From NCBI GenBank assembly GCA_963422205.2, contig CAXMWX010000007.1:32001-96000 (forward strand): a stretch of 64,000 nt of DNA, given 5' to 3'. The notes beneath the pieces were generated by a model that was not told the DNA's origin, made no database searches, and saw only the letters and a list, made by a program, of their open reading frames with translations. Shown piece by piece: positions 61,992 through 64,000 of the stretch (positions within the stretch are counted from its first letter, which is position 1; the number at the start of each line of letters is the position of its first letter). The position numbers and the translations under genes were made by a program. This DNA is from Gammaproteobacteria bacterium. Its GTDB lineage: Bacteria; Pseudomonadota; Gammaproteobacteria; Eutrophobiales; Eutrophobiaceae.

Positions 61992-64000
61992 TCAGCCGCC
62001 ATCGCCCGGCCTATCCGCACCCGGCCGGTCGGTATAATCGCCATAATGGAACAGGATAATCGGCATGATTAACAGGTTGAGCAGGGTGGAAGAGGCCAGG
62101 CCGCCGATGATGATGGTTGCCATCGGCCCCATGATCTCCCGGCCTGCATTATCGCTGTCGATAGCGATGGGCAACATGGCCAGGGCAGTCACCAGGGCGG
62201 TCATGAGGATGCTGGGCAGGCGTTCCTGTGCGCCCTGGATGACGGTGTCCAGGTTCCACTGGCGGGCCTCCCTGGCGAGCAGGTGTTCGTAGTGAGAGAC
62301 CAGCATGATGGCGTTCCTCACCGTGATGCCAAACAGGGTGACAAAGCCAACGAGCGAGCCCACCGACAGGACGGCGCCTGTCAACAGCACAGCCAGCACA
62401 CCACCGACCAGAGAAAACGGCAGATTAACCAGCATCAGCAACAGGTTTCTGACATTGCCGATGGCCACATAGATCAATAGCAAAACCAGAATCCCGGCCA
62501 GTGAAGAATATAAAATCAACGCCTGTCTGGCCTGCCGCTGCTCTATCGCTGCGCCCGTGAACTCAGGATAGGTATCGCGCCGAAATGTCACCTGATTGAG
62601 AATACGCCGCTTGAGCTGCTGCATGAAGCTGTCTATATCCACCCCCTGCACGTTGCAGGTCACTGTTTGCAGCCGCCTGCCGTCCTGATGCAGGATATTG
62701 TAACGACCGCTTGTCTGTTTCAAATCCGCCAGTTGTGCCAGGTTGACCACTGTGCCGGCGGCGGTCTTAACCGGTAGGCCGGCGATGTGTGCAGGCTCAC
62801 CCCGCTGCTCTTCCGGCAGGATGACAACGACATCAATCGCCTGATTATCATAACTCACTCGCCCCACGGCGACCCCCTGATAGGCGGTCTTGATCGTCTG
62901 CATGACGCTGCCCGGCGGTACGCCATGAAAAGCCAGCGCCGCCGGGTTTAAGCCTATATCGAACACAGGTGTGGCCGGCGGTGAGCGCACCTGGATGTCG
63001 GTGGCGCCGGGGATCCCCGCCATCACGGCGGCGATTTCATGCGCCTTGCTGTCGAGATAATCCAGATCATCGCCATAAATATTGACCACCACGGGCGAGG
63101 TATAGCCGGAGATGGTCTCATCCACCCGTTCAATTAAAAACGTGTTAGCCTCAAATACGATCCCCGGAAACTCGGAGAGAATGCGGCGTAATTGCTGCAA
63201 GATGGCCTCCTGCTCTGCACCGGACATGGGTTTGAGATCAATTTCATATTCACTGTAGTGACTGCCATAGGTATCTGCACCTCGTTCTGCCCGGCCTGCC
63301 CATTGTGAGACTGAACGCACCCCCGGGATCTGCAGAAAAGAATCCGTCAGGCGGTTGCCCATGCGGATGGATTCCTGCAATGACGTGCCGGGCGCACTGG
63401 TCGTATGCACGATGTAATGTCCCTCTCTTAGTTCGGGCAGGAACTGTGCGCCCACGCTCGGCAAAACAGCAATGATGCCCAAACAGAGCAGGCCGGTGAC
63501 AAACACGGTGACATTCGGATAGCGATTCAACCGGATCAAGAGGGTTTTATACACCGATTGCAGGCCGCAGATTACGGGCGGTGTTGTTCGCTGCCATGTC
63601 TCTTGGGTCAACAACAAATAACACAACGCCGGAGTCACGGTTAAGGCGACAAGCAGCGACATCAAAATGGCAAGAATATAAGCGAACGCCAGCGGCGAGA
63701 ACAGCTTGCCGGCAACACCGCCAAGTAACATCAGCGGCACAAACACCAGCGCCACGATAAAACTGGCATAGACAACCGAGCTTCTGACCTCCATCGAGGC
63801 ATCAAACACAAGGCGTGCCACGGGCTGGGGGCGGACTGCGGCGGCGTTCTCGTGCAGACGGCGAAAAATATTCTCGGTATCAATGATGGCATCATCCACC
63901 ACTTCACCCAAGGCGATAGCCAGCCCACCGAGGATCATGATATTTAAATTAAAGCCCAGCTCGATTAGAATAACCGCGGCCGATAACAAGGATAAGGGGA
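61992..64000 (-). CDS. CusA/CzcA family RND efflux permease (5' end outside window)
   Basis: GLAIALGEVVDDAII..EN, FLPELREG, GRAE, ERL.SILMTA, PMA..IIGGL. Confidence 0.93.
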   Translation of the reverse strand, partial: PLSLLSAAVILIELGFNLNIMILGGLAIALGEVVDDAIIDTENIFRRLHENAAAVRPQPVARLVFDASMEVRSSVVYASFIVALVFVPLMLLGGVAGKLFSPLAFAYILAILMSLLVALTVTPALCYLLLTQETWQRTTPPVICGLQSVYKTLLIRLNRYPNVTVFVTGLLCLGIIAVLPSVGAQFLPELREGHYIVHTTSAPGTSLQESIRMGNRLTDSFLQIPGVRSVSQWAGRAERGADTYGSHYSEYEIDLKPMSGAEQEAILQQLRRILSEFPGIVFEANTFLIERVDETISGYTSPVVVNIYGDDLDYLDSKAHEIAAVMAGIPGATDIQVRSPPATPVFDIGLNPAALAFHGVPPGSVMQTIKTAYQGVAVGRVSYDNQAIDVVVILPEEQRGEPAHIAGLPVKTAAGTVVNLAQLADLKQTSGRYNILHQDGRRLQTVTCNVQGVDIDSFMQQLKRRILNQVTFRRDTYPEFTGAAIEQRQARQALILYSSLAGILVLLLIYVAIGNVRNLLLMLVNLPFSLVGGVLAVLLTGAVLSVGSLVGFVTLFGITVRNAIMLVSHYEHLLAREARQWNLDTVIQGAQERLPSILMTALVTALAMLPIAIDSDNAGREIMGPMATIIIGGLASSTLLNLLIMPIILFHYGDYTDRPGADRPGDGG

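Overview
This is a GC-rich, proteobacterial-looking window (likely Gammaproteobacteria; taxonomy is inferred) dominated by C1, sulfur and cofactor metabolism. Bases 1-12.4 kb are an accessory region. It holds a Rieske oxygenase 5' end, a NERD/SF1-helicase gene split by a 113-nt AT-rich insert with a 95-nt second copy 2.8 kb away, gcdH, two coiled-coil membrane proteins, a large autotransporter, an orphan queC 3' fragment and two mosaic Uma2 paralogs. Next comes a methanethiol-oxidation cluster (persulfide dioxygenase, mtoX, SCO-MauG fusion, SQR) beside an SAH-riboswitch-preceded metH. A cofactor block follows (moa/mob/moe/fdhD, pqqB and pqqCDE, H4MPT/methanofuran genes, folP), interrupted by methylase genes, REP-like palindromes and a low-GC fucosyltransferase-like gene. 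The rest comprises a porin, a tungsten-type aldehyde oxidoreductase operon, PQQ-catabolism-associated genes, a two-component pair with a REC-Ser/Thr kinase and a CusA-type pump. Several single-base frameshifts at short homopolymers and a 52-nt poly-C suggest sequencing or assembly errors, so pseudogene calls need read-level checks. All family calls are motif recognition by eye; no searches were run.
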